DNA from: Tubiluchus corallicola
Taxonomy: Eukaryota > Animalia > Priapulida
Length of the DNA: 64,000 nucleotides
Assembly (NCBI GenBank): GCA_030141605.1
Contig: JAQGDQ010000085.1
Span: 62,001 to 126,000, forward strand
Reading direction: 5' to 3'
The translations under genes and the position numbers were made by a program. Positions 13,361-27,200 of this stretch are shown here, piece after piece; positions within the stretch are counted from its first letter, which is position 1; each line of letters begins with the position of its first letter. The notes below the pieces were generated by a model. That model searched no databases. It was not told the origin of the DNA and saw nothing but the letters and a program-made list of their open reading frames with translations.

Positions 13361-14500
13361 TAAAGATAAGATAAGATAGATCAGACACTTTACTTATTGA
13401 CGATGTTTAAAACAGAGAACATTAGCCGAAGCTACTATAATCGACACATACAAAGTAAAATCATATCTTTAAAATACACGTTTAAATACAAAATGTAATG
13501 ATTAGCAAATGAAAATCGTGAGAGCAATAAATTTTACACACTGTTCAGAATCATAAAATTATCCGCTATTTGAGTTGACAAGACTATATGCACAATGAAA
13601 ACATTTACAGCTTCACCATAGCAAAGTTTAATTAAGTTTTTAAATGATCTTGGACTAGTAGCCTCCAGGATGTTTTTAGGTAAGCCATTTCGCAACTTTG
13701 CTCCTTGGTACCACAGAGAATTAAGGCCATACGTGGTAGTATTGACACGAGGACTTTGGCCACGAAGTTTATAGTTTGCGTGTTTAGAAATAAAAAGTTA
13801 TTGAACATATGGAGGGTTTATATGATTGAGCGATTTGTATACCTCAGTTACTAAGGACCTAAGGTGCAAAGTTGGTAGATTGGCTTTTCACAACAGCTGC
13901 CCATAGTTGCTATTGTAATCTTTATAGACAAATCTAAGTGGCTATTTTCTGCAGTTTTTCCAGTTTTTGGGTACTTTTAGCACTTCAAGTATGCCAAACC
14001 ATTTTACAATAGTTAAAATTTGCAGAGATAAAAAACCATACGACTACATTTTGACAGGCTTTTTAATGCATTTATTTGCTTAGCAGCCTTTTGCAGAATT
14101 CTTCAGTATGACTGTCAAAGTAAGTTTGAAATCTATATCTACACCTAATAGCTTTATATTTGTTTCAAGTTTAATGTTTGCATCTTCAAAACTAAAATTT
14201 ACATCATCATGATTTTTTATACCAAGCACAATAGACTGGAACTTTTCAGAAATGACACATATATCGTTTTCCTTAAACCATTTTACACAAATCTCTGTAT
14301 CAGATTCTGTGGACTTGACACGAACAGCAATGTTTTTTGTAGAGCTACTTAAAGCATTATCATTAGCATATCCGTAGAGTTGACATTGTTTAATGAAATA
14401 ATACAAGTCATTCATGAAAATATCGAAAAGGAGTGGTCCAAAGATTGATCCCTGGGGCACACCCTTCAATGTTTCATACCAGTCACTGTAGACTTGTCAA
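13361..14500 (-). mobile_element. 5'-truncated CR1/L2-clade LINE (RT C-terminal part, 3' UTR and microsatellite tail), pseudogenised
   Basis: ORF 14080..14469 has GVPQGSIFGPLLFDIFMNDL, YANDN (YADD-like) and KLLGVDIDFKL. It continues through frameshifts as KLEKLQ..LRFVYKDYNSNYGQLL, TEVYKSLNHINPPY and PRVNTTTYGLNSL. It ends in a (TATCT)n-like tail at about 13361-13382. Confidence 0.93.
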
Positions 14501-16254
14501 ATCAGTTTATAATCAATTGGAATAGCTTTTAAATTGCTAGCTTACAATTTAACAGAAGTGAAAGATTCGTATTTTAAACTTATACTCCATTTTCTAATTA
14601 AAAATTTGTATTCTGTTCGAATAAGATAATGTAATATTTTCTCATTTTGGCCTGTAACGAGCCCATATCGGAGTGCTTCAGTCGGCATTATGCATTTTTG
14701 ATGTACGCGGATTTCAAATATCGGAATTTTAAAAGCATGTTATCGTCCAGTTCCTGACTTATTTAGTTGTCACACTAGAGGCCGTATCTACGACGAATCA
14801 ACACCTCGCATAACCAATTTTTACCAAAACACATTCCTGAAATTGATTTTGTTGAGAAGCACTGAGCTCGTTTTTATTATAAAGTATTTGAAAGGTTATA
14901 TAACGTATTGTTTCTAATGCAAGTCTGTTAACTTCAATCCTTTGAGAATGCGGTAGTAATGCCCTTGATTATGCATTCTGTAAAATGCTGGTGTTATTGA
15001 TATACCACCAAATGCTGCACAATTTTTATCTGCATGCAAGAGATATGTTACATGCATGCATAGGCTTCTAATGGCTCCTTCAATGCGACATAACTTTTGT
15101 TATTACGTTTAGATACTAGGAATAAATCCAGTGAGTGAGTGGATGACGGTATTTCAGTATATTTAGCAGGCACGTGCTCACGTGCTCTTTTCTGTACATG
15201 TTCTGATGGTATGCGTTATTTTCTACCACTTGTATTTAAATTTTAACCAAGTTTATAAATTTACAAATAAAGTGTGAGAATGTTAAACCTAAAATCACAA
15301 TTAACTGCCTGTGAACAGGAAAACGTTGTGGACATGTGTTTAAAATTGTCGATATATAAATAATATTGCGCCGTTTGACAAAACAAATTTTTAATTTTTC
15401 TTCAAAATACTGAGTTAATACTGTAGCTTAATATTTCTGGTAAATAAATCATTAATAATAAATATCCTCTCAGTTTAGTGAATCTTGAATCAGGCCCCTC
15501 ATAAATGAAACATTTTAATGCATTCAGTTTTAATCTATACTATCTGTTGCTTCGTGAGTATTCTGTTCTACTGATGTCACTATTGATTAGAGCGTTTTCT
15601 CGATATTTTTATTGTTGTTTTTCGTGCCTGTATAACTGTTTTTCTACAGGAACGTGCACGACAATTAAACAAATATTTGAAAATACATCTGATTATTCAG
15701 ATTTTGTTATTTTTTCAAAGTTTGTTGAACAATAAGTACAAAATATAACACATAATTTTACAGAAATAAAAACACTTTAAAGTGTATTATTATTTTGTGT
15801 GGTTAACTTGAAATAAAGTGCATTTTTTACAATTTCGGAATGCAATATTCAACAGGACCGCCTATTCAGTGGCTGTGATTGGTTGTGGCGAGACCATCAC
15901 CTAGCTCATTATTAAGAATTTGCCTCTAACATGTGCCACTAAACCAGCAGATGTTTTACAGCCACAGTTCAGATGTTAGTGCATATCTTTTTTCAATGAG
16001 GTAAACAACCAGAATCGGTACGGCGAATGAAACTCCCTGAATGCGTATCGAGCACGGCAGTCACCTATCTAATTGCTGACCAGCGTCGGTACTATTTTTA
16101 ATTTTGGTCGTCAAACAAATGCTATGACCACTCCGCATTAGCTATGGGCGATTGAATCAACGAATTTTGACATACTATAGGAAAATAAAGGACGAAATGC
16201 ATCAGCAATGAAATTTTGCAGACCATCTACTAGTATTTTCGTAATTTAAAGCAC

Positions 16255-16730
16255 AAATAAACAGTCTTCATTAGAAAAGATTAAAAATTCACCATTCAAA
16301 TTTTGTATCACATTTATAGTCTTATTACATACAGAGCTTACGTTTACAGTAACGCTGTATAAAAATTGTAAATTTAAATTACCGCGATAATTAGGGGCAG
16401 CCATTTGAACGTCAAATCGCTTGCTACAAGAGTAGATAACATTGTGTAAAGCTTTCTTAGTACACTCTTCACTAACTAAGCAAAAGTATAAATTAATCAA
16501 TAAAATCAATAAAATAAAAGGTATAAATCAATAAAATCAATATTGTGTTTTATAGGTGAACAAGTGATGCACACTGGGGAAGTGAGTTCGTGACATCTTA
16601 CCAGTTGGCGCGAATATTTTAAATTATTAAGAATTTTTTTCTAATTATATAAGTCTTTCAAGCAGCTAAGCGTAATGCTAAGTAGTATAACTTTGTGTGC
16701 TAAGTTTTTTGAGATATACTTTAAAACTTC
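16255..16730. repeat. Copy 1 of a diverged ~470-bp direct repeat
   Basis: Collinear blocks shared with 17250-17702: ctgtataaaa.ttgtaaatt, tagataac, ctcttc.ctaactaagc, gtg.tgcacactgggaag, taagaatttttt, tctttcaagcag.taag.gtaatgc.aagta, actttaaaa. Confidence 0.85.
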
Positions 16731-17249
16731 CATTATTCGTTTTTAATTATTATTTATAGTCAAATTTCAATTTGTAATGTACCCCTAGTAGGAAGAGTTT
16801 GGTTCATCACTATTAACCTAAATTACACGGCTGCGTACAACGGCTGCAGACTGTACTTCAACAGAAATTTGCTTCTTCCATGATTGAGCTGCTTTCCAAT
16901 AACACATTCGGAATCAAAGGTTTAAGGGTTAGAGTCGAGCAAAGGGAAAATTACTGTCATCTGTCATCACCGGGTTCTTCAAGCTGACCTCAACGCGCAT
17001 GCGCACGAGCGTGACTCAGCCACTCCATATCAAATTTACGGTACTTAATAAAACCCAGCGAGTCATTTCCGGCGCGGGATCAGTATTTCCTTGTTATCAG
17101 GGATTCTTATTGCAGCCTGGGAATTAATTAATCCATCACTAGCTTTAGCACGCTCCTTCGTTTTGTGCAGTAGCTTCCAGCGGCATTGTTCCAGTGTTAA
17201 AAACAAAAAATGTAGCAGAGAAAAGTGCAATTTTAAAGCGCAAGAAAAC

Positions 17250-17702
17250 ACTCTTCGTAAATAAAGCTTAACAAATTTATCTAGAAATTTTATATCACCT
17301 ATATGCTGTCTTACTGAGCCCAGAGTGTGCGTTAGCAATAACACTGTATAAAACTTGTAAATTGAAACTTATGTGATAACCGTTAGGCGCAGCTATTTTA
17401 ACGACAAGTCATTTGAAACAAGCTTAGATAACTTTGCGTTAATTTTGAAAATAATCAAAACATTCGCAGCATCCTCTTCGCTAACTAAGCCAAACTATGG
17501 ATTGTCAATATGATTAAAATAGTTTTCTTGGAAGTCAGTGGTGCACACTGGGAAGGTGAGTCAGTGCCATTTCACCAGAGGGTGCAAATATTTTAATTAC
17601 TAAGAATTTTTTTCTAGTTACATTAATCTTTCAAGCAGGTAAGAGTAATGCCAAGTAATATAACTTCGTGTGGAAAGTTTTTGGGATAAACTTTAAAATT
17701 TA
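17250..17702. repeat. Copy 2 of the diverged ~470-bp direct repeat
   Basis: Same collinear blocks as 16255-16730. Confidence 0.85.
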
Positions 17703-19299
17703 GTTCTCCCGCTTTAACTTGCTGAAATTGACGGGCTGTCCATTGTCTGGTAGACATTTGTTGCTGTTTCCTTTATTGCTGTATTAAGTCTGTTAATTAA
17801 CATATCAAACAGTAAACGTACGAAAATATAAAAACCCCAAACATAATTAAACAAAACAGCAAACAAAAGTAAAAGTAAAAGAAAATAAGATAAAAAATTA
17901 ACGAAATAACACAAAACAAAACCTTTATTGTTAATGAGTGAAAAGTAAAAAACACGGTTAGGTCCACGTGGTAAAAATCACTTTGCTTTTGCAGCGAATG
18001 TTTGCATTGGAGTGCATGAGTTCATAATTTTGTAAGATTATGAGGGACATTCCCATTAAGCTCATTTTAATTATTGAAAAGTCTCTACTACTGCATTTTA
18101 AATTAATTCTAAACCCTGGTTTATATGTTCACAGCCTCAACATCAGTTTTTTGTCGCTTACTTAGGATTTGGGGGAATATCCCAGGGAGTGAATCTGCAT
18201 CTTGCTTGGTGCTACTCTATTTATTAAATTTGTAAATGACTCTCGAGTCGTGTTTGCCTAAACAAGATGTTTAACGTTTTTAATCTTTGCATTTGCTACC
18301 TATTTATTATTTTCTCAGTTTTTGAACACCTAAAAATGTGTCGTACCAAATGCGTTTAACAAGTTGGCTTTTGTAAATAAAACAACTTCGTGATGATGCA
18401 TTTAAAGAAGGTATACTCTGAACCTGCTAGCGCGCATGTTTCTTAATTAATGCCACGGAAGGTTGTCAGAGGCAAGCTTATACTTTTTAATGGCATTCAG
18501 CGGAAGTACACGACATTAAATGCGATAGCTGGGGGTTTTAGTCGAGTGTAGCCGGGGGCTGCCATTAAGTCCATGCACCTGGCCGAGTTCTCTGCTTCTT
18601 CTCTGGTTTACTTATAGAAGTTACACCTTATCTAGTTTCGTCTTGTGTTTAAACTCATAACTTTGCTTTGCTGTAAAAAGTTGTAGAAAGTGAAGAACAC
18701 TTTTTATCAGAATTTCCTCTTTATAAGAATTATAGAGATGATTAGAACGTTATATTATAAAAAAAAAATTTCGCAGTATGACCGATCAGCAAAAATTAAT
18801 TTTTATGGTAACAGAAAATAAAATAATAAGAGAAGGAGCAGCATTAGATAAGATAGGCATAAGATAAGAGAAGCATTATATAAGCAGCAAAATTTATACA
18901 GAAAAGTTATGAGAAAAGACAAAAAGAATTAAATAAGTAATAGTCGTCTTCTTAAATTTTAGATAACCAAATGGAACTTATGGTATTAGTTGTTTGATTT
19001 AATGCTGTATACATTAAAAAAAATTGTAATATGTTCATTAATATTCTCGTCATTGGCCAACCATACCACTAACGTACCGTACCACTGGCGAACAAAAACA
19101 ATTTGTTTATGGATGTTTATGGATGGTTTATGGATTTGTATATGGAGATATTTTACTTATTCGCATTCAGGCTAACCAGTTTATTTTGTCATAATAATGT
19201 GCGCGCATTTATTGTAATAGTGACTCGTAAGCCTAAATGTCTTATCACAGTAACTTCTTACTGATGTAATTGAAAATGTGTCACTATAATAAACAAATT

Positions 19300-19589
<290 letters not shown>

Positions 19590-19657
19590 TTGTTATTTGT
19601 TATTTTAGCAGTAGATTTACATTATAATTTATAACAGTGGTTAATCTATTAATTATA

Positions 19658-20080
19658 CAGGGCGTCTCAGAAGTCACTAAACAGGTTACATTTTTATACT
19701 TTTAACAAAAAAGTCAACATGTTTACAGATAGATACAGATGAAATTAAAACTTTTAGGACTTCTTGGAGTCAAAGTAGAAGAAAATTTTAAAAGTACTGC
19801 TGCGTTGATAGGCATGTACATGTGTGCCACTTTTTTCAAAGTACTTAATTCAATGATTAACACATAGATTTCCACATCCGCATTTCAGCTTAAATAAATC
19901 TGATTCTTTTTGCGTAAATGTTTTTCTTGATGCAACCCTAATGAATCGCAGAGAAGAGAAATCTACCAAATCGCATTGTTCTATTCTAGAGGACCTAGAC
20001 AACAATCCACCACTTTGCATAGAATAAGTCTGTCATAGCTCGCTGTAATAATGGTGACCCAGTTAAAGTTTATATACCAA
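19658..20080 (-). mobile_element. Decayed Tc1/mariner-superfamily element end (TIR plus transposase C-terminal relic)
   Basis: TA|CAGGGCGTCTCAGAAG at 19656-19673 resembles a CAGGGTGTC-type TIR. The minus strand gives broken motifs WI..LGPLE*, DFSS and *GCIKKNIYAKR, in the order of WIGRxGPxxWPxRSPDLxPxDFxLWGYLKxxVY. Confidence 0.5.
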
Positions 20081-20221
20081 AAGAATTAACAACTTTTCAC
20101 ACGTCATATGCATTGCAACAGTGCTCCCTGGGCTAACTTAGCTCTGCACTACAAAATCCCTTAATGAAACACTCAACAACATTTTATGAAACAAAAACTA
20201 ATTATTATACAAGCATACATT

Positions 20222-20541
20222 TATGGGCCTAGGGGCCGATTTTTCCGGGGGGGGGAGTCACTTTTGCCCGGAAAATACAGCGCCAACCCGAAAAAAGTAG
20301 AAGTCAACTTCGTGTCGGGAATTGCCTCACCCCACCGCATGATCAAAAAATGCCCAGATTTCAGGCACTTCATTTGGCGCTATGGAGAAATTTCAAGATT
20401 TCCTTTTTGGAAAATATTATTTTATTTTTTCATCATTTGGTCGGTGCCCGAAAAACTGTGATTGTCCGAAGAAGTATGTTTGCCCGAATCCGGGGGGAGG
20501 GGGGCTGCAGCTCCCCTATTTCCCCCGCTCGTACGCCTATG
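20222..20541. mobile_element. 320-bp non-autonomous hAT-type DNA transposon (MITE)
   Basis: Perfect 8-bp TSD CATACATT (20214-20221 and 20542-20549). Imperfect TIRs TATGGGCCTAGGGGC / reverse complement CATAGGCGTACGAGC. Internal tttgcccg(g/a)a repeats and G-runs. Confidence 0.85.
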
Positions 20542-20794
20542 CATACATTCTATTTGACGTCCAGTGAAAACTCACATCAATGCATATTTTACCGTTTATA
20601 TTGTATTTTTCTAACACTATAGCAATTACAATGGTTAAAAACAGATAGAGACAGTAACAAGGTAAGCCAAATTCAAAACAGCAAGTTATATTTTTGCATA
20701 ATTTGATTTTCAAGGCTTAAAATTAGTTGTTAGAACATTATTTCAATTATTGTGTACCTGCCTCGGTGGGGTCTGACTCTGAAACGCAGCTTAA

Positions 20795-21319
20795 AGAAAA
20801 GGGCAAGCCTTCTGGGAAGTTAAGTTTTTTTCAATGTTCGTGAAGAATGTTAGAAGATTTAGTAATACACGTTTGATAATCGCCTCATGTAATCAGTAAA
20901 ATCACTTTAAAGACGCGATCATTTCACTCCTGAGCACTCCAATTTCAAATGCCCATTCTTCCACCAATGACGTCGTTCGTCAACTGAAGAAAACAGTTCA
21001 CTGTCAACTTCCGTCAGAAGTATGAGTTTTTTAAACTAATTTTGTGCTATTTTTGTATGAACATTAGGTAAGCTGCAGAAGTTTAAAACTGTCTAGCCAC
21101 AATGCGCTTACAAAAAGTCATCAAGTCCACCAGTTACGTCATCATTTTCCAGTGAATGGTGGCTATCACGACATCAGAAAAGTTTGATACAGCGGTGGTA
21201 TAACTTCAGGCTTTATAATTTTATATAGATATTTTTTGCGAATTTGCTTATTATATTTTTCTAAGTTTAAGCGATAGCAGCAAAATAAACACAACACGTT
21301 TAGTGACTTGTCCTTTCCT
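20795..21319. mobile_element. 525-bp non-autonomous Kolobok-type DNA transposon
   Basis: TTAA on both sides (20791-20794, 21320-21323). TIRs AGAAAAGGGCAAGCC / reverse complement AGGAAAGGACAAGTC (12/15). Purine-purine termini with a TTAA target fit Kolobok rather than piggyBac (CC termini). Confidence 0.72.
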
Positions 21320-22209
21320 TTAATGCTACTGGCTTATATCGCGTGTTGAACGTCAGAAGAAGCAGGCATTTTAATGCGCCATTAAAACAGCTTCTAATGA
21401 AAGAAGATCCGGCGAGGAAAACATCGTGCACGCATATACAATAATTGAAAATCTAAGCTGAGTGAAACGTGGAACATTCGCGAACGTAAGCAGAGCGAGA
21501 GACTCTGAAGATCCATTAACTTATTTATTTTTCATGATACAAAACGAGGATGTATAGAACGTAGAGGCTGTTAACTCTACCCTCAAAAATTTTACTTGCA
21601 GGGAATATTGATTAAACAAAACGGAACCTATCAAATGTAAAAATGGTTGCAATATCCTAACCACGACTGGAAAACGTTGCGATTTTCCTCAGGTAAAAGT
21701 ATCGAAAATTCTTTAGGTCATGGAGATAACAAGTTTTCGTAGTACTCGAATTCTAGACACATTATTTTTTCATATGTTACTTTAGCATTTTGATGTGTGC
21801 ATATATATTTGAATCATTTTGCTTAACAACGAATAAATATCTTACTTATCAACAAAATTTTGTTCAAAACAATTATAAAAACTGGGACAGCTAAAATGCC
21901 AACTTTCATTGCACTTGCATTTGAAATATAAACCTTGTTCAATAAGTTTTGAAATGTAAGATGTTATAACTATCGTCATAAAAACGCAGAAATTGAAAGA
22001 GTAAAAAACTATTCTATTTGTGCCAGCGATCTGTCATTAGCTTCTGAATTAGAGAATTATTAACGAGCGTTTTTATACATTCGTTTATTCTAAGTTGGAG
22101 CTGGAGCTGATAGTAGAAGTAAACGTTACCTCAGCAGATACAATAATATCCAAAAATTAGCAACAATTTTCAAAACCTGTATTATAGGTACCGGTTAGTA
22201 CCAATGATA

Positions 22210-22760
22210 CAGTTCATGATGAACATTCAGAGAAGTCATGTAGACGCAAGAAGTGGGCAGAAATATAGTTTAAAAAAATCTGCATTTTTTACTTACTCGT
22301 AATTTGAAGGCGAAAGGTTTATTTCTTGGGCCATGGGGCGACATCATAACCGTGGAATGAAAAGTGTGATGCTGGAAATGGACTATTGTGGTTATAGCTG
22401 AGGACGATCTTGTGATTGAGTAGAATACAACTCTCAAATATATCGGCGCAGTTTTAAATAGCGTCAGCCATAACGAATTAAAGAGATTTAGCTAGCAGCT
22501 AAAAGAACTTGCATCTTGATTTTCCACTAACAAATGCCACGATCTGCTGATAATCACATTTACAAACTAGGGTTATGAATGACGACTTTCCAGAAATGCA
22601 GAATGATTCCTGGAAAAAAACTGGAAAGTACGATGAGTTTCTTTTTCAAAGCGATGGTGCTCAGTTTATGTGAGCAGTTTGACAGACTTCAACAGCAGTG
22701 TACGGGAAAAGTGTAAAAAAGAGTGAACACCACTCGATTGTAAACCCAAATTATAAGACT
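22210..22760 (+). mobile_element. Heavily decayed Tc1-like transposase relic
   Basis: Broken frames give RRKKWAE, KSVML..CGYS*G, EYNSQIY, LIFH*/NATI and DGAQF, in the order expected for RLxWA...SVMVWG...MNSxxY...IFQQDNAxxH. Many stops. Confidence 0.38.
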
Positions 22761-23804
22761 GACATTAAAAATGAATAAAATGGCGCAGCCTCTTCCCATA
22801 AAGCTCTGTTTCTTTGTTTGATCTTACCACTTAACTAAGGCTAGAAGTATAACTTTGCTACAAGTAATGTAACAGTGCCCATTACTGTGGTGGCATAAGT
22901 TTTCAGTTTTCATAGCACTCATGTTTTTTCATCGATTTAGAATCCAGTTTTGTATATCGCATTCTATTTGTTGATCTCAGCTCCAATAGTACAATAATAC
23001 TCGCTGGCAACTCTCGCAAAAACGTCTTGTTGTTAGAAAAAAGGCTGATTTATTTCGATATATGCAGATATGCTGAAATAGTCTTTGTGTTTATCAGTTA
23101 AACACTTTAGGGCCTATAGCCTCTAGGCCAAATGTAACATGTATATTGGCCTGCCAAAATCAGGGTTATTTGCATTACTTCACTATCCTCAAATGTCCCG
23201 CATTTTTACAGGCATTGCAATGTACCTTATCAACGACAAAGCCTTTAGTTTATGATTAATTCGAGATTAATTGAATTAAAACTGAGTAAGCCGATATCCA
23301 GTCCAGAACTCATCTGCTACACGAACAGGCGGAACTCTGAAAAATAATATCTCAAAGTCAGGTTAAAGACGCAATATAAGTATGGTGTGGTGACCCAGCT
23401 GTTTTCTTGATTCAGCCGAAGGCAAGGTGATTCTGGATACGTCGACCTTCAAAAGAAGAGAGTGTCAAGCTGAGGTGTCGTCACTTCTTTGTTATAAATT
23501 GCGTGAGAACTTTGGTGATGAAATTACATTGTAAGCAATTGTTGCTGAAATATAGGTTATTGCTCGATTGTTTGTTTCGTAAATTCTTGTTTAACGCTTT
23601 TGCTTTATTGTTTTTTATCTTTTGTTATTCCTGTCTACCTGCCATGTTGTCTTTTTGCGTTTTTCTTTCGGTTCTTTACTATTTTTTGTTCGCTCACTTA
23701 GTCTCTTTTCGTTTTTTGCTTTTTTGTTTTTGTTTCTTTTTGGTTTTATAAATCTTTTGCCCTTTTCTCAGTCTTTTTTTGTATATCTTTGGTTTAGTTA
23801 CTTT

Positions 23805-24177
23805 AGTTTTAGTAAAAATGGCACAGGTTAAAATAACCCAGGTAAAAATCGCACAGGAAAAATGGTGTTTAATTCAAATTCTATTTATTGAACAAAATAT
23901 TTTGCGAGTCATTTGCTAGTCTAAATCGCACTTATACAGGTACATTTATGTATGTTTGATTGTTTATTTTTGTTTTATATTTTTGTTAATCAAAAAAATC
24001 AGACGAACATGTTTAAGAATTTTTCGACCTTGGCGAATATTTTCTCCATACTGAACGCATGCTGGTTTCATTATAGAAATTATCTGCAAGAGAATAACAC
24101 ACGCGCCATTTTGTACTACTTTTCCATTTGTGCAATTTTTCTGTGCCATTTTACCCATGCCAATTTCACCTACATTC
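23805..24177. mobile_element. Foldback-like MITE with ~15-bp subterminal tandem repeats in inverted orientation
   Basis: Left end has 3-4 copies of ggtaaaaatggcaca-like units. Right end has the reverse complement (tgtgccattttacc-like) and ends acctacattc. No clear TSD. Confidence 0.68.
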
Positions 24178-24713
24178 AAATGTCACATATATATTATATA
24201 AGGATGTCAAGTGATAAGCGGATGATGGGGAGAGAACAAATCGCCAAAAAGAAAGCTGTACGAGAGGAGGCAGTGGAAAAAGAGGATGGCAAATGAAACA
24301 AAATGCCGAAGAGAACTATGAAACGGGCGGATTTTTCTAATTTTCTCAAATGAAAAAATATCATAGGCGCTAATATAAAGCTGCATAACAATTCCACTGT
24401 TGATATCCTTACAAGCTAGAAAAGTTAAGAATCTTTATCATACAAAGGAATCAAGTCAGCCAAATTAAGTCAGAAAAAATCAATGTACAAGTTTATTTGC
24501 CTTAATTAGCGGCGGCAAGCAGCTGATTGTGATAAAACTAATGAGACGAAAAGATTACATTCTGATGATTTGAGATGACGATGTTTTCAAATTTTAAAAT
24601 GAGTGTGTTCTGATAGATGTCCCGTCATTGTAATGTCCGAAATATTTTATCTCAACACCACATTTAAATCTGTGCCTCGATTATCTGTCTAGGAACCAGA
24701 AACAGGATAACTG

Positions 24714-24965
24714 AACAACAACGACAACGAAAGAGATAGTAACAGGAAACAGTGACAGCACGGTGGCAGTGGCAAGGCAACGACAACGACAGCAGCAGAA
24801 CCAGCAACTACAGCAACAATAAGAAGAACAACGACAAAGGCAGCGACAGCAGCGACAGCAGCAGCAGCAGCAACAACAACAACGACAACAGCAACTGCTG
24901 CTGCAACAGCATGAAACAGCCGCAGCAGCAACGACAGCGATAATGACAATGACAACAATAACATA
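24714..24965. repeat. Degenerate (CAG/CAA/CGA)n trinucleotide repeat
   Basis: Explains the poly-C/A/V/S ORFs at 24681-25052. Confidence 0.92.
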
Positions 24966-25179
24966 AACTCCTTGCACTTTCGTTTTTGCATCATTTAACC
25001 AAATTCCCGTAACTCTCTCCTTGTGGTTTTGGTTTTTATTTATAGAATGCAATTAATGAGAAATTTCTACACTTTTGCAAGCTAGTTACTCTCCTGGCAA
25101 ATTTCCTATTAGTTACCGTTACGTTTTCAGCTTGCCTATGTTGCATTTCCGTAATCAGCGCGAAGTAACTGTGACTTTC

Positions 25180-25550
25180 ACAATGATGATGCAAATCGTT
25201 GTCAGATTTCTTCGAGAGATTACGGGTCTTCATTAGTGGTCACGGAAATGTCGAATGAAGCTGTCAAGGCAGGTGACTTCGTCGATGCATGCTTGTATGA
25301 AGATATGGCTGCATTTCACCTGTTTTCATCGCCTGCATTTGACTATATCTTGGCTTGGTAAACACATTTGTACATTAAGGATTGGTTTGAGACGTATCTT
25401 TGTCAGATCTGATCTATACAAAATGCTGTCTAGGCTATACAAATGATTCAGGATTTAGAGACCTTGACTTCAGCATGAGTAGGTAGTACACGGGAGTTGT
25501 CTGCCTGTCGTCTGTTTTTACAATTATTGATATACATATCTTTACACACG
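25180..25550 (+). mobile_element. Decayed non-LTR reverse transcriptase relic
   Basis: Collinear broken motifs FISGH, FSSPAFDYI (DFSKAFD-like), IKDWFETYL (WFxSYL-like) and VVHGSCLP (GVPQGSxL-like). Confidence 0.5.
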
Positions 25551-25899
25551 TAATATATTTTTTATGTTAGCTTTGTCACTATAATATAGGTAAAAAACTA
25601 GCGCGGCCTATATACTTATTATTTATTTATATTATTAAAACAAGTAATACGTAGACAATAACAAAGATTTATAGCAAATTCACAGCTATAAGTTGTCACA
25701 GCCTTAACATATTATAAAGAAGTAACTAGCGCCTTCACTATGCCTGAGCAAGCACCAAGTAGATTTAACTGCTATAAAAATATCCAGTATGGTGTTTAGA
25801 TGGTATTCTATTATTTCTCGCAATGGAAATGTTTTTCCTAGGTTTATTTATTCCGTGATATAGGGAAGTTGTCATTTAGTATTGCGTGCTTAGCTTCTA

Positions 25900-27200
25900 A
25901 ACTCAGTATAAGAATCTGTTACATTGGTATGACGTGTCACCAGACCAGACTTAAGTCTTGCAAATTTGACACCCGTTTTTAGTATATAGAGGATGTTCCA
26001 TAAGTCACTATACGCTTTTGATTCGAGTTTTCTTTTTACACTGTTCTCCAATCTCAGCAAGCTCTTACATGAATCAAAAGGTGCCTCTGGCAATTGCTTT
26101 TACCTATTTTTTTGACTGGATACCCAACGACGACGGTAACGTCAGATATGAGGTGTAAAATCAGCTTTGGCATGAGCTTCTTCGCTCACCAACTGAAGTT
26201 TAGCGGAAATTCAGAGCATCGCATGCATGACACTATTATCTCACTATTAACAAGTTAGTTTCTCAACAAGATGCAAGCCTTTCTTCACCACTCATATCAT
26301 CAGTTGCGAGAGACTTGCTATTGGATTGGTCTCTGAAGCTCTTGAGCCCCCCCCCCCTCCCAAAGAAGGTAGCGACAACAGCAAAGCCTACAGTACTTTT
26401 CAGATTTTCGTCTGATTTGATTAAAATAATTGCCCAAGGATTTACTTCATCTGTACTATGCTTCAAATATTTTGCTTTGCTTGTTAAAAACATACAGAAA
26501 ATGTAAAGAAGTATAGTGACTTCTGGGACACTTTGTACTTTATGTTCGTGCATCTTGAACATTCATTTAAAAGAAAAGCGCTAAGGTATAGATGCCTCGC
26601 AGCACCATCTTGGCCTCATCAATCGAGTAAATACTGTAGGAAGGCAAGTTCCACTGTGAAGCTGGAAATCTGGAAATTGAAGAAAGTAAGCTTGTACGGG
26701 TCGCATCGATAATGTCACCTTGGTTGGTTGTTAGGTAGAAATTTTCCCCTGCACAGCGCACACGTTGCTCACCTCGTGAAAGCCTGGAGACTGGCATTGA
26801 AATTTCAAGTGTGTAAAATGTGTAAAATCTTTGGTATGTGTTAATAACTTGGGGTCCTAGGTATCCTCAGTTTACACATTAAGTAAAGGCATTTTAACAA
26901 ACCAGTAACTGCACGTTTTTCACCAAATATAATTAGCTGGCAGTGCACGGCAGATGGTTTTGTTTCTAGCTCCAAACTAAGACTGAAATAAGTCTTGTAA
27001 GACTTACAGACGTTATTATAGTTTGTTCGCTGTCTAGTTTTACTAAGTCTTTTTAGTCCTTGTAAGCACTTCGGCTGCTCTTCTAATAATGTTGTATGTC
27101 TGGCTCGCACTGACATAGAATTATCCTTGTTATATGTAAGGTAATTAATGGTGTTGGGGTTACTGCAAATATCTGCTGTATTTCCTATTTGCGTAAGCAA
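25900..27200 (+). mobile_element. Long, highly decayed CR1/L2-like RT relic
   Basis: Collinear motifs across frameshifts: ANLTPVF, SNLSKLL, DF-SS-FD-like (~26403), MPRSTILA (GVPQGTILG-like, ~26592), LY...DNVTL (YADD region, ~26692), a W..L.F...KC-like stretch (~26792) and FSPNIISW...SKLRL. Confidence 0.55.

Noticed and set aside
24681-25052. Cys-rich, metallothionein-looking ORF
   Set aside because: Antisense of a CAG/CAA repeat; no regular Cys spacing. The same applies to 62203..62415.
25890-26800. Minus-strand fragments resembling a SWIM/YqaJ transposon protein (DPYKL, HS..PW, YILKTGVK..GLV)
   Set aside because: The catalytic ASPDG and a proper SWIM Cys/His pattern are missing; the plus strand gives a longer collinear RT motif series.
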